A DNA stretch of 41,500 nucleotides from Nemertoderma westbladi. Taxonomy: Eukaryota > Animalia > Xenacoelomorpha. A program made the position numbers and the translations under genes. The notes beneath the pieces are model-generated. The model was not told the DNA's origin. It worked only from the letters and a program-made list of their open reading frames with translations, and searched no databases. This document shows, piece after piece, positions 1 through 13,300 of this stretch; positions within the stretch are counted from its first letter, which is position 1; every line of letters starts with the position of its first letter. Where the stretch lies: the NCBI GenBank assembly GCA_032718475.1, contig JAUCBJ010001620.1, positions 1 to 41,500 of the forward strand, read 5' to 3'.

Positions 1-166
1 TTATTTACGTACATGATATTATTATAATATAAACATCAGTACAGACACGAACCGGAATAACTACAGTACACACAGTTTAAGGTAGGGTAAATCAATTAGC
101 ACAAAAGAAAACATTAAGATTCAGATTTAGAGTAAATTAAAGTAAGGTAATTATTATTAATATTCA

Positions 167-3100
167 TTAACTCGCAGAGACCACGCTCAACATCTCTTGT
201 ACCTCCTCGTGCGAAAAACCCACAACCTCTAAATCGCCACGCAAAACATTACCAAGTTCTTTACATACCGAAACCCTCCAATGACTACCATCTGGTACCG
301 CACTATAATTTAACTTAGAAACGATATGGGGCGAAATATCCTCTAAACAATTACAATTAGACAGGTTCGCAATCCTGCGCAAATTGGCACCTAATGAGCT
401 CCTACAATCATCGTACAAAAAAGTACTCAAAAACCGCACAGATAATTTACCCGAGTTTAATAGACTTTTTGCAAACTTAATTAAACGTAGACATAGCATT
501 ATCTTTGGATGCATACAATCTACAATCCCTTCTACAATGTATCGATGGGCATTAAACGGTAAACCCCATACCATACGGACATTTATATTCCAAGCTGTAA
601 AAAGTTTACTGCAATCACTTGAGAATAAATCCCACAACACCCCACCATAAAAACTAGTTGCATATAACTTTTGCACAACAGAGATAGTACTAGGTGTTGC
701 AAACCCAAATTCATGTCTCAATCCTGATAACTTACCTATAAACGCCCCCCTCTTACTTAAAACGTCCTGGTGTAAATCGCACTTATAATCTAAAATAACA
801 CCCAAATGCTTAGCTTGTTGAACCCAGGGAAGTAAGATCCCATTCACTTTTACACGTGCAGTAGGAGGCTGCCACGTCCTGCCGAAAGGTACACATTTCG
901 TTTTACATTTACGTAAATCAATATTTGTACTCAAACGCAACTTAAATTCAATACAAAAATCAACACAAATCTTTACCATAAACTGTAGACCAATGACAGA
1001 CGGGCATAGTAAAATCACATCATCAGCATAAGCAATACATCCAAAATAGTGAGCCCCAATAACACAACCTACTTTAGAACACCTCAATCTTATAATTAAA
1101 ATATTTAATACAATACAAAACAAGGTCGGTGAGATTACCGACCCTTGTCTCACCCCATTGGTCACTGAAAAATTGTGTGAATTTACATTGGACCATCGCA
1201 CAAAACAAGTCTGATTTCTGTAAATGAAAAATAAACACCTCAAAAATAATAAATTAAAACCCTTTTTAATTAGTTCTAGAAACAGTTGTTTCCATTGCAC
1301 CAGATCGAAAGCTTTTGTAAAGTCAATCAGGCAACTATACACAGGTGAACCATTCCTCATGTAATAATTAACTACCTCTGAAACTGTCCAAGTACACATA
1401 CTTGTACTTGACTTTGCAGTGAAACCAAACTGTAAATCGTCTAAATTCAATTTACTTCCTTCAGATAGAATAATGACCCATTCAAAAACCTTTAAAATCA
1501 AAGAGGCAATAGCAATCGCACGATAATTGTCTACCAGAGAAATATCACCTAACTTATCTTTTACTAAGGGTACTAAGGCTACTGATAGAAGACATTTAGA
1601 TAGGGAACCATGAATAAGAAAAGCATTAAATAACATACACAAATGTTTTTCAAGAACTTTACCACCATTAATAATTGCACCTGCATCAAAACTGTATGAC
1701 ACATCGGACTTATTCGACTTCAAATGCTGACGTGCATCATGTATAATATCTGTGGTTATAGTACACCTTGTACCGTTATAATCACCACTGAGTAACCCAG
1801 ACCTAATTTCCTTATCAACATTATCAAAATCAGCAGTAGGCGCATCTTGATTGTATAGTACCTTATAAACCTCTGCAAATTCAGCCGCAATACTTTGTGG
1901 ATCAGTTTCCCCATTTACACAATCACTAACCAAATTACAATTGCCCCGTAGTTTACGAATTTGTGCAAAAATGTCTGCGTTTCCGGTTACTGAAGCACGT
2001 AATAAATTTTCCCGTTTCACACGATCAGCTGAATTCTTAATCCGACGTACAGCATATTTATATTGTGCCCGAGTAGACTGTTTCATGTGAAATAAATTAC
2101 CTTGATTCCCATTGGGCCGGCCGGCAGCACACCACATTCCATACCAAAAAACAGCCTCTTGTTTATACGGCTTTACATACTGATTCCAACCCGGAATTTC
2201 CCTCCGCGTGTTTTCCCCTACCGATCCACCACTCTGCGGAAGTTCCTTAGATGCGGTTTCAATTGCATCTAAGATTTTCACAGACAAATTTTCTAAACAC
2301 AATCTATGATCTAAATCATTACAAAATATATCGCTACAGTTAATACACGGATTCTCTAAATTAATACCCGATAAACCAGCATCCAATTTTCGCTGAAAAT
2401 TTTCACGCTGAACTTCATTTGCTTTAGAAAAGTTAGACCTGATAGGATACACTGGATTCAACACATTACGATTTAGTGGCTCAATATAAAACTTAGCATA
2501 TACAGGGGAATGCCCCGATAAGTTAGCACCTGTATGCACTGAATCAGCCTCAAAACAATTATCGTGTAAAGCAGTACTTAAAATAAAGTGGTCTATAGTA
2601 GAAGTAAAGGTTCTACTATCTACGCAGTGCATATATGTATAGTCAATCGGTACCGAATCCCATAACACATTTAAATAATGTGTATCAATAAATTCCCGTA
2701 TATACCTTGTTTGTAACGTTAAACGGGAAAAATCAACGTTTAAATCACCGCACCACAAAAAATTACAATCTGTGTATTTGCTAAATAATTCGGAAATATC
2801 CTGCAACAATAACAGCGTATCGTCGGACAGCGAACTATTTGACTGCGTATCAACCGGAAAATAGCTATTAATTAACACAATATTATTATTGGACCCATTA
2901 CTACCCGGTAAGGATATTTGAATCCCTTGTATACGTTTATTATCACTGTCGATTTTTACCGGAGATATATACTTTGCAATCTCCCTTTTGTACAAAATAC
3001 ATAAGCCAGCACATTGCCTACCCACATGGTTAACGTTGTCTGCTGTGAAAAACGCTGGTAATATAGAAAATTACATGTTGGAAAATACTGTTTGAGTTTA

Positions 3101-3261
3101 TAACTGCAACTCTCTAAAATAAAAGTTTCTTGCAAGCAAACTATATCTGCACCCAATAATAAGGTATTAATGTAATCAACTTTATCTGGTGCTAATCCAG
3201 TCGAGTTATAAGACACAACAGTAATATCAGAAGCGGCTCCTGCTTGTCTGGGTGTTGCCGT
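167..3261 (-). pseudogene. LINE ORF2 (AP endonuclease + reverse transcriptase) with one frameshift near 3055
   Basis: APE motifs SYNSTGL, IVCLQET, GDLNVD, IDHF and SGHSPV. RT motifs NYRAIAI, QFGF, DFTKAFD, GVRQGSVISP, YADD and KHLG. The N-terminal APE part (ORF 2956-3216) is in a different frame from the 952-aa ORF. There is no ATG, but an in-frame ACG lies at 3259-3261. Confidence 0.9.
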
Positions 3262-3289
3262 GTTAACAAGTTAGTAAGAATTCAAAGAG

Positions 3290-3630
3290 TTAAACATTAC
3301 CCCCCTGGGCCCCGGCTGGCGATTGAACTCTGTAACCAACCGCGTTATCATTATTATTATACCTCCGATGCTCCCAGAGACGCACACAAACATTGCGCGT
3401 CCAGACCTCTGGAACCAACACCTTCTCGATATCCTCGGGCTTTATTGAGACTTTAAAGCTTTTAGAACGAGCGTCCTTATGAGACTTAAGTTCGATGTCG
3501 GAAGCTGCAACAGTAACTCCCGCCTTATCCTCTAACCGGTTGACAATATCTTCTTTACTGGTGCTGTAATGACACATGAAGACGAATATATGCCCCGGCG
3601 CAGCCTTCAGGCTACCCCCGAAACCTGCAC
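3290..3630 (-). CDS. LINE ORF1 C-terminal RRM-like fragment
   Basis: HIFVF..SFKVSI..VL.PEVW...VCVRLW pattern typical of LINE ORF1 C-termini, immediately upstream of ORF2. The frame is closed by a stop near 3633. Confidence 0.7.
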
Positions 3631-5457
3631 TCTAGTGCTGAGCCATGAAATAAAAATATATTCGAGAAGGGTACCAGAATGGCACCACAGAACCTAAATT
3701 TACATGCTATACTGTATAATTGGTATTTGCGATGTTGGATTGCCCATTGCATTTTAAGAAAAGTCACGAACTCTCGGTTTCCCAACAAACCTGGCTCATA
3801 AAGACACAGATACAAGACACAAGACATAAATATGAAAATATACGAAAGACATAAAAGAATAAGAAAGACATAAATACTTGTGTCTTGATGGCTAACCTTC
3901 CATGGGTGCTAGAAGTCGCGGTTTTGTATGGGTGGGTGGGAAGGGGAGGGGGGGGGGGGAGGGGCAGGTTCGTTTCACGCTGCGTTTCTAGTCTCCAAAA
4001 TAGTCTATTCCTCAAAATATTAGGCTTTGTACAGTATTTATTGATGGGATTTCTGTGTAGGCCTATTTGAATTGTCTAAGTTTTTACACTGCAGCATTGC
4101 AGGGAGAGGGTACCGGTAGGTATATAAATTTATTTATTTTAATATCATTTACTGAATCGACTCAGCATAAGATATTTTTCATATTTCAGACAAATTGAGC
4201 AGACTGCGATCTTGATTTTCTATAAAACTCAAATTAACTGTCAATAACTACCTACAGTACTTGCCATCAATCTCATACTGTATACTGCACTGCGGTACCG
4301 TCTGTGCCTTTGGGTTGCGGTGCAGATTAAAAGGGCTGAACATGTACTGTCACCGTTTCTTTGATTGATTGGATGTTGTTGTTAAATTTCTCAAATACTG
4401 ATTTTGTGATACAATCGCTCATTTTTAATGTGATCGCATTACGATCATTGCATCTCATAATTGAGCCTCGTGCTGCGCGAAGTCCCCACGAACGTGTAAT
4501 ATACGTGGGGAATAAACCCGTTAATTAGGAATACTTCACATACACGTCGTTCAGTTAAATTCAATCGCTGCAAGGTTAATATTTGCCACTGTTGAACATT
4601 TCAACTGTGAAGTGTAGTTAGTAATCGACTGTAATTTGAACGCGCCTTTAACATTGGAAGAATCGGTAACAATTATTCTTACAGGAATCAACGTATTTTT
4701 TTCAAAATTTAGATATAGATATATTTTTCTCTCGAACCCAAGCAATATTTCTTACGCTTCTCTTATACCGAGTTAGAATATTTCAATTGATCTTTATTGC
4801 TTAATTCAATTGTAGAATTAATTTTTGTAGGTAATATTTGAGCTGTAATCAACCTGTTTTTGTTGAAGAAAATTAAATAATAAAAATTGTCTTGACTCGG
4901 GGTAATATATTTACAAATAAATATACCAACACTACATCACACTTTACCTTTTATTGTAGAGTAATAAAGTTACAGTAGTGTGCCTTTAAGCAGTATACGG
5001 CTTCAGTAAACTAAGATAGGCCTAGGTATAAACAATGATTGTAAATTGCAAAGTTCAATTCTATGCCTAATTGTCTTAATTCGAAATATCATCCACTTTG
5101 ACTAAACCATTGATTGGTAAGATGATGTTCACACATTGGAGAAAAGATAGAAACGTATGGACGGACAGGTCAGATATGGGCGATGTCGATCTCACAAGTA
5201 ACGAACTAACTGTACTGTGTGTGCTGATTTGTGTGTACTTTGTGGCGGCGCAATTTTGTCGACAAGCCGGCACAGCATTCTTAAAAATGCAGCTGCAATG
5301 CAGCATGCCGATCCTAGTAGTAGTGTGCTGAAGCTCAATGTGTTCTTTACAAACCCACTAATACGTCATTAAAGAGACATACAGTATAGTACTGTACAGT
5401 AGGGTACTGGTAGGCCCCTACATCATTTCCATACAGTATTTACTATATACATACAAG

Positions 5458-5881
5458 GGGTGACTCTGACTACAAAACAAAGACACAAGAACCAAATACA
5501 TAATAACGACCTGCATAATATTGTACCATGTGTTAACTTTCGTTTATTGTTTTGGTTCCCCCAACACGCCTCTGTAACCCGCCCCTTTAAATGACAATGG
5601 CACCTAACGCTCTTTGGGACCTGTACAAAACAAAGAGGTAAAGTCGCGTTACGTCGCAAAGAGCGTTAGCCCCCTAGATCCCTTCCAATTAGGTCCCGAA
5701 GAACGATAGGTCCCATTGCCTTAAGAGCATTAGGTCCCATTGCCATGTAAAGGAGCAGGTTAGTGAAGGAGCAAGTTACAGAGGCGTGTTGGGGGAACCA
5801 AAACAATAAACGAAAGTTAACACATGTGTTTTGTACAGGTGTGTATTATTTGGGTCTTGGGTCTTTGTTTTGTAGTCACTC
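5458..5881. mobile_element. MITE-like foldback element (~420 bp)
   Basis: Long imperfect inverted arms (GTGACTACAAAACAAAGAC...; CATGTGTTAACTTTCGTTTATTGTTTTGGTTCCCCCAACACGCCTCTGTAAC and its reverse complement). The same arm recurs twice at 19130-19345. No clear TSD. Confidence 0.7.
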
Positions 5882-6005
5882 TACAGTATACAAGACGAGA
5901 CAATAGTGTATTTATAGAATATTTGAATAATCATTAAACTTGTATAATTATTTTAAATGAATTTCCATCACCATAAGCCACGCAAATGTCAATGAAAAGA
6001 AAGAG

Positions 6006-6653
6006 TTAGCAAAGTCCCAACTCAATCAGAGACACAATCACCACACCAACCATTCGACCATATATGGTAGATCCCGCACTGACTGAGGTTGTTGTATCTT
6101 CAGACGATGTTTCAGACGTTTTGGTTGTGGTAACTTCGGATTCGTCCTGATGAAAATCTGAGTGATTCCAATCAATAGAACCGTCGCTATTTTTGTATTC
6201 ATTTTCCCACTGAACGCCTGCCTGAACTATGGCTTCACAGGCATCACTTCCCTGGCAACAGACCTTCTGGCAACGAGCCTTAGTAATGTCCGCAGCTGAT
6301 ATCTCTTGTTGTACATACTGTGTGAAATTCGATTGGTCTCCCGTACAATCTTCCTCATTCAAATCTTTGAGACATTCTGACTCGCACATGTAGTATCGTG
6401 TGTGTCCCAATACTCGTATTATTGGGTTTTGCAGTGGCCCACCCAATACCTGAAAGAAGGTGACTGAACAGGTAGCGCAATCTTCACGAATTTCGCCATC
6501 GGTTGCCAATGGCTGATTTTTGAAGTTAATATTTTTGTCTGGGTCGTTTGCGATGCTCGAACCAAAGGAAAGGTCGTCTTTGCATGTTGCAGTACCGGCG
6601 CCAGCAGTAAGAACTGGTAGGGCGAATACTGCCCATAGAAGTACTGCTTCCAT
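6006..6653 (-). CDS. Cys-rich Ly6/uPAR(three-finger)-like cell-surface protein with predicted GPI anchor, paralogue A (215 aa, single exon)
   Basis: ATG at 6653; hydrophobic signal peptide MEAVLLWAVFALPVLTAGAG; 10 Cys ending CCQGSDAC (compare the LU CCxxDxCN motif); Ser/Thr/Glu stalk; small residues SAG followed by a C-terminal hydrophobic tail. The frame is conserved in paralogue B. The fold assignment is inferred from the Cys pattern only. Confidence 0.82.
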   Translation of the reverse strand: MEAVLLWAVFALPVLTAGAGTATCKDDLSFGSSIANDPDKNINFKNQPLATDGEIREDCATCSVTFFQVLGGPLQNPIIRVLGHTRYYMCESECLKDLNEEDCTGDQSNFTQYVQQEISAADITKARCQKVCCQGSDACEAIVQAGVQWENEYKNSDGSIDWNHSDFHQDESEVTTTKTSETSSEDTTTSVSAGSTIYGRMVGVVIVSLIELGLC

Positions 6654-9600
6654 TGAATATAAAGCAACCACTATATACTGTTATCGACAACAACTATGGA
6701 AGGTCTATAGTGATTTAACCATGTTAATGTTCTAACACAAATCTATTACTTATCGTAGGGGCCTACTGGCATCCAATAGAATATAAAGTAGGCCTACTTG
6801 ACGAAATCAAATCCTCGTTTAGGTATTGATTCAAATCGGGTAAAAAATTCGACATATGCTTTGATGATTCATTAATTGAACCCCGGCCCCTTTATTACAG
6901 TTAAGTAAAATATCTTTAAAATTATTTGCGACTCAACTGAAATAATAAATATATACACTGACATAATTTTAATATTAGGCCTACGCTAAAATCAAATCAG
7001 GGATGCACATAAAATTAAAATACCCAGATTCAAGTTCAATCTACAAAGTCAGTGATCTATCACGCCTTGGCTTGATTGATTCTCTAGATTGCATCTACCT
7101 GACTGCAAATTTTGTGATAATATTAATAATAATTTATATAGCGCCTTTCTGGACATTACTTCTAGGCGCTACTGTATTATGTTGTATTGTATTAGCCTAT
7201 ACAACTGTAGTGATGTTTAAGTAGAGTACTGTATGTTAAATTGCTAGCAATTAATTGTGGTAAGCCAAGCTTCCAGCCTCCTATATGCAATAGTCCTAAT
7301 TAATAATTTTGCCCTCAGCCTATTTAATTTGTAAAATAGAGTAGTTTCATAGTACTACATGAATCTGCACCCACCGAATTTAAAAAATCTGGATCGAAAA
7401 CATGGTAGTGGAGCTGAGTGGCTTAGTGACAAAAGTGGAAAACCAGCCAACATTTTTTTGTAAGTTCCTTTGGGTATATACAATACTGTAGGCGTACAGT
7501 AGATGACAACCAATCCCATGCTCCAAAAAATCCGACAATATTTCATAACGTACTTTCAATTTCATGTTTAGTTCCTTAGCAAACATTGATTTTACATAGC
7601 AAAAAAGTAGCTATTGGTGAGACGTTTCCTAAATTTTGAGAAAACGAACTTTAGTCCAATGACTATCGTACTGGACTGAACTCACTGCAACCTTGTCCCC
7701 TAAAAATATACCCGATGTTTCATAAACTATTGTGATTATTAAAAACGTTGGCAATATTGTGGAATCCCATCTTTCCTCTGTCGTCAGGTGGAGGTTACCA
7801 TTATGATTCGTTGTGAATATCTGGAATTGGAAGGTTGTCATGGAGATCGAAAATGAATGGATATATTACCTAAAATGAATACATCAATCCCAATATTAAT
7901 AAATGTTAAATGGCCGTTAACATTAGTAGAAATTATCAAGTTTCCTTGCAGATCAATTCTATATGTATATTTCTTTAGAATTTCCAGCAATAAATATATG
8001 ATTAACTACAAATATTTTTGGAGCATGTGATTTTTGACATATGCATAGTTACACCTACTCATAAAAATACTTTTGGAAATTTCATCTCAATTTTTTAATG
8101 TGCCACTCCACTATGGCGGACCTCCATTATTTATAAAATAATAAAAAAAAACCATGTGGTGCCCATCCCAGGTGAAAATAAATATTTATTTTAATTCGGT
8201 TTATAATATATTTTAAATTTAGTTATATTTAAAATTGTCGCTAAATTAAGATTACTTTCTACCCACAATATAACACTGCTTAGGCCTACAGTATACCAGT
8301 TTACCGGTCCTGATAGCAGCATTACAATTGACCAGCTAATATTTAACAAATGTACATAACTTATTAAAGGTACCGAAAGGTGGGGGCCGGGCGGTACCTA
8401 CTGTATACCTTGTTAGTGCTGTTAAAAACGAAGTAGTCATATCGTATACCACACAACCTGGAATAGTCAAGGAGTTTCATTTTTTCTTGAAATGTCGGCG
8501 AAATATCTGGGAATATTTCTAAAAAACGATAAATCAGGGAAAAGACGGGAAATTTGATAAACTGGTGATTGATTGATTGACATAGGTGTATGTATTGTAT
8601 AGTATAGGCCTATCATAAGCGAACATGTGTACAATTTTATCTGCTCGTTTCGCCCACCATTCTTATCCATTTACTCACATCACTACCTATGTACATAATA
8701 AGTACACTCTATTTGCTTTTTTATCAATAGGCCTATGGTCTCTTGTGGTAGGAGCCTAGTTTGCCGATATCTTTCTTCATATTAAAAGACTCGCTAACAA
8801 TGTCCCAATGTGTAACAATAGGTTCCACCTTGGTGTAGTGGTCGCATTGAATACAAATTGCATACGCATGAATACACATGCATGCAATTGAATACGCATT
8901 GGACACAAAATTTACTTTTTTTACTTTATTTTATGTCTATGTATTTTTTTTTTGTAATAAAATAAAGCGAGTGAATAAGAAAAAGCGGCCAATATAATAT
9001 ATTTCATAAAAATGTAGTGAGAGAATTTTTTCAAAAACTCAGGGATTGAATTGAACTTTCAATATTTATTTCCTCCTTGGTCCACGGATTGTTGTTTTAA
9101 ATTTCCCTTCATTTGTTGGTTCAAGCGTTTGATAAAATATACCACTGTTTATTATTTCAACGTCTATACAAATGTATAATTCCATTAGTCCAGATAGCCA
9201 GGTTTTCAGTTCTGTTTGAACAGTTCGATGCCGTGTACTGAAGGATACAGTACTACTGTATCTATTGGTCTGAAAACATTTTATACTTTAATTCCTATTA
9301 TAAAGTTTGACAAATTTCAGAATAAAATATTGCGGATTCTGTTTTTAATTTTTTATATGCAATTGGATTTTCAACAGCAGTGTATCGCAGTATCACAATT
9401 TTTGAATAAAACTAAATAAATACATATAGGCAGGCCTACTTCTTGTAAAGTACTTTTCATAGTAATATTTTCACTACATTCATTTTTTTACTCGGATCAG
9501 CAAACTCTAATGTGATAGGCCTAGTTTAATTTTAAACAAAAGTTTGTAAATAGTACATGTTACTCTATAAATTTTAAAGGATGGAAATGTTATTACAATA

Positions 9601-10732
9601 TGAGATCATCGATTGATGTAGGCGCTACCAGTACAGAACATATGTACAGAACAATGTTACTGTAGTAATTGTGAGTGCCGTAGCTTTGTGTATAAGGCAT
9701 TGAGGGTATAATTGATTCTTGAGGGAGGAGGCTCAATTAAAAATAATGTGAAAACCCACAGTGTAGCCTAGCAGGAGTTTTTTATATTCCTGTATGTTGG
9801 GAAGCAAACATATGTACTGTAGGCCTAGTACATTAAATTAATCCGTGGTGGTATTATTAGAAGCATGATTTAACATACAGTACGGCCCTTATATTCCAAA
9901 ACCGTGTATCTCGATTTTTGACGAAAATGACATATTTATATATTTGGAATCAGAATTTCAAGGCGCATCTTTCTATCCAGGTCCCGAAGCTTGAAAATCA
10001 AATGCAAAGAAAATAGTTTGCGACCAAAACCGTGTATCTCAATATTTTTTGAAGCAATTTTTAATCAAAACCATTTATCTGAGAAAAATTAACCGAAAAA
10101 AATTAACTGACCAATAGGATGCAAGATCTCCATGATTATTAATTTATCAAAACAGTGTATCTCTGTTTCGGAAATTCGTTTAATTTATCAAAACCATCTA
10201 TCTGGAGATAGACGGTTTTGGACCACCTCTAGAACAAATCTTTCTCAGATAGACGGTTTTGATTACAAATTCAATGTTCAATAAATGTTCTAGATATATT
10301 TCAAAACACAGTTAACTGGTCATTTAGTCTGAACAATTCGTTTGCAATTGTCGCGGCCAGCTACCGTTTACCGGTAGTTAATTCATAAATCAACAATTCA
10401 GGCATTAACAAACTACACAAAGCGTTATGATAACATATTGTATAGTTTCAGTTTAGGTAAACAACCATGAGAGTTTAGGTAACAAGAGTTTACCAGTTGG
10501 TTGTGTTACTGTACCATACCGTTTTGTCATCTATAAGCAATTCATCGATCAAAGAATCAGAACAACAGTTTTTTTAAACACTTTCTTGACTCTTGGTAGC
10601 AAGCCAGTTTGTTTATTTTATATCAAGCATAGCACTGATATTCGTGTAAGTAAACAATGTCTGCCACACGCAAACAATATCCTCTACGGAGGAAGGCTAT
10701 ACCCCCTAATGATTCCAATGCTTCTGGTAAAT

Positions 10733-11992
10733 GGTGACGTTGGAGGGGGACATACAGAGATGAGTGGAAGTGGTGACGTTGGAGGGGGACATACAGAGGA
10801 GAGTGGGAGTGGTGACGTTGGAGGGGGACATACAGAGGGGAGTGTGAGTGGTGATGTTGGAGGGGGACATACAGAGGGGAGTGGGAGTAGTGACGTTGGA
10901 GGGGGACATACGGAGGAGAGTGGGAGTGGTGACGTTTGAGGGGGACATACAGAGGGGAGTGGGAGTGGTGACGTTGGACGGGGACATACAGAGGGGAGTG
11001 TGAGTGGTGATGTTGGAGGAGGACATACAGAGGTGAGTGGGAGTGGTGACGTTGGAGGGGGACATACGGAGGAGAGTGGGAGTGGTGACGTTGGAGGGGG
11101 ACATACAGAGGGGAGTGGGAGTGGTGACGTTGGAGGGGGACATACGGAGGAGAGTGGGAGTGGTGACGTTGGAGGGGGACATACAGAGGGGAGTGGGAGT
11201 GGTGACGTTGGAGGGGGACATACAGAGGGGAGTGGGAGTGGTGACGTTGGAGGGGGACATACAGAGGGGAGTGGGAGTGGTGACGTTGGAGGGGGACATA
11301 CAGAGGGGAGTGGGAGTGGTGACGTTGGAGGGGGACATACGGAGGAGAGTGGGAGTGGTGACGTTGGAGGGGGACATACAGAGGGGAGTGGGAGTGGTGA
11401 CGTTGGAGGGGGACATACAGAGGGGAGTGGGAGTGGTGACGTTGGAGGGGGACATACAGAGGGGAGTGGGAGTGGTGACGTTGGAGGGGGACATACAGAG
11501 GGGAGTGGGAGTGGTGATGTTGGAGGGGGACATACGGAGGAGAGTGGGAGTGGTGACGTTGGAGGGGGGCATACAGAGGGGAGTGGGAGTGGTGACGTTG
11601 GAGGGGGACATACAGAGGGGAGTGGGAGTGGTGACGTTGGAGGGGGACATACAGAGGGGAGTGGGAGTGGTGACGTTGGAGGGGGATATACAGAGGGGAG
11701 TGGGAGTGGGGACGTTGGAGGGGGACATACAGAGTGGAGTGTGAGTGGTGATGTTGGAGGGGGATATACAGAGGAGAGTGGGAGTGGTGACGTTGGAGGG
11801 GGACATACAGAGGGGAGTGGGAGTGGTGATGTTGGAGGGGGATATACAGAGGAGAGTGGGAGTGGTGACGTTGGAGGGGGACATACAGAGGGGAGTGTGA
11901 GTGGTGACGTTGGAGGGGGATATATTGAGGGGAGTGGTGACATTGGAGGGGGACGTACTGAGGGGATTGGGAGTAGTGGCGTTGGAGGGGGG
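10733..11992 (+). repeat. 39-bp G-rich minisatellite, about 32 copies (GGTGACGTTGGAGGGGGACATACAGAGGGGAGTGGGAGT)
   Basis: Directly visible tandem array; it accounts for the five long repetitive ORFs on both strands. Confidence 0.97.
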
Positions 11993-12714
11993 ATGAATGA
12001 CTATTGTGTGGTGTGGCATGATGGGCTGCAAGGTCGGGATGCTGACTCATTGGTCGATTGTATGTTAAGGATCATCAGAGAAGAGCGGGATTCCAAAGAG
12101 TTTATATTTTGGCTGGATAATTGTACGGGTCAAAATGAAAACTGGTTGCTCTTTGGCGCATGTGTAGCGATTGTCAATGCCACAGGGGGGCCACAGTCAA
12201 TCACATTGAAGTACCTCACCAAGGGACATAGCACATGTTAGCCGATTCGGTTCATGGAAATATAGAGAGGAGTATTAAAAGACAACCAGCAATGTATGAT
12301 TTGAAAGACGTCACTATGGTTATGGCCAACAGTAGAAAAGATTTGGTTGTATTAACCCCGGAATTCCACAAGTGGTTGAAGAAACTAACGTATTCTAAGC
12401 TGAAAGAGGTGCTTCCCTATATTACAGAGGTAGTCCAGGTATGATTTAACAAAGGGTGTCGCAAGATGGTGTATAAAACAGACTTCAAAGAAGCAGAGAA
12501 GTCTGTAGAATTCCTTCAAGAGAGGTATCACCCAGAAATTCCACAGAAGAAAGAAGGTGTACGGGGAATTAACACAGCAAAGAAGGAGATTATCCCAAAG
12601 AAACTTGTTAATCTCATGCCAGGAAACAGATCGTCTTTCTGGTTATCGATGACATCGAAACAATCACAAACAGACCTTAATAGTGGCTACGATCACTCTT
12701 TAGTTAATGGGTAG
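11993..12714 (+). pseudogene. Sola-type DDD transposase C-terminal remnant
   Basis: [25 protein letters not shown]-(frameshift near 12232)-MLADSVHGNIE, a stop at 12442-12444, then GINTAKK..KKLVNLMP..FW. Confidence 0.8.
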
Positions 12715-12719
12715 AACTG

Positions 12720-13300
12720 TATTGAATAAAACTGATCGATTTATTAAACTCATTATTCTATAAAACGGATCAATGTATTAAACTCATATTTGTTTAAACT
12801 GAACTGTTTAATTAACTATAAATTGTATTAAACTGATCGCTATAAACTCTTCATAATTGTAAAAACTGATCATTAAATCTTATCTATGTATTAAACTCAT
12901 CTTTGTATAAAACTGCTCTATATTATTAAACTCAAATTTGTATAAAACCGATCTCTGTACTGTATTAAACTCATATTTGTATAAACCGATCTATGTATTA
13001 AACTCATATTTGTATATAACTGATCTACAGTATATATTAAACTCAAATTTGTATAAAACTGATCTATGTATTAAACTCATACTGTATTTGTATATAACTG
13101 ATCTACAGTATATATTAAACTCATATTTGTATAAAACAGATCTATGTACTGTATTAAACTCATATTTGTATAAAACCGACCAACAGTATATATTAAACAC
13201 ATATTTGTATAAAACCGATCTATGTATTGAACTCATATTTGTACAAAACCGATCTTATGTATTAAACTATAAATTGTATTAAACTGATCGTTACATTAAA
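12720..13300. repeat. AT-rich degenerate tandem repeat (~38-45 bp; TTAAACTCATATTTGTATAAAACCGATCTATGTA) inside the Sola element
   Basis: Visible tandem units; source of the spurious ORFs 12938-13282 and 12991-13236. Confidence 0.85.

Larger units (their letters stand above)
1..3635 (-). mobile_element. Non-LTR retrotransposon (LINE, APE endonuclease + RT), 5'-truncated within ORF1; 3' end at or just beyond the left window edge
   Basis: ORF1 C-terminal fragment followed by a long APE-RT ORF2, then an AT-rich 3' UTR ending AAATAA at base 1 on the minus strand. Clade (CR1/L2 group or Proto2-like) is not resolvable without a phylogeny. Confidence 0.92.

Noticed and set aside
4484-4512. TCCCCACG/CGTGGGGA hairpin as a Helitron 3' end
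   Set aside because: There is no CTRR terminus at the expected distance on either strand.
6660-6671. Upstream GTG/TTG starts in the ORF track for the two surface-protein genes
   Set aside because: The upstream extensions differ between the paralogues, while the shared ATG (6653 / 26734) begins a clean signal peptide.
10623-12050. Long Pro/His/Thr-rich ORFs resembling extensin or mucin genes
   Set aside because: They are by-products of a 39-bp stop-poor minisatellite inside a transposon and are open in several frames at once.
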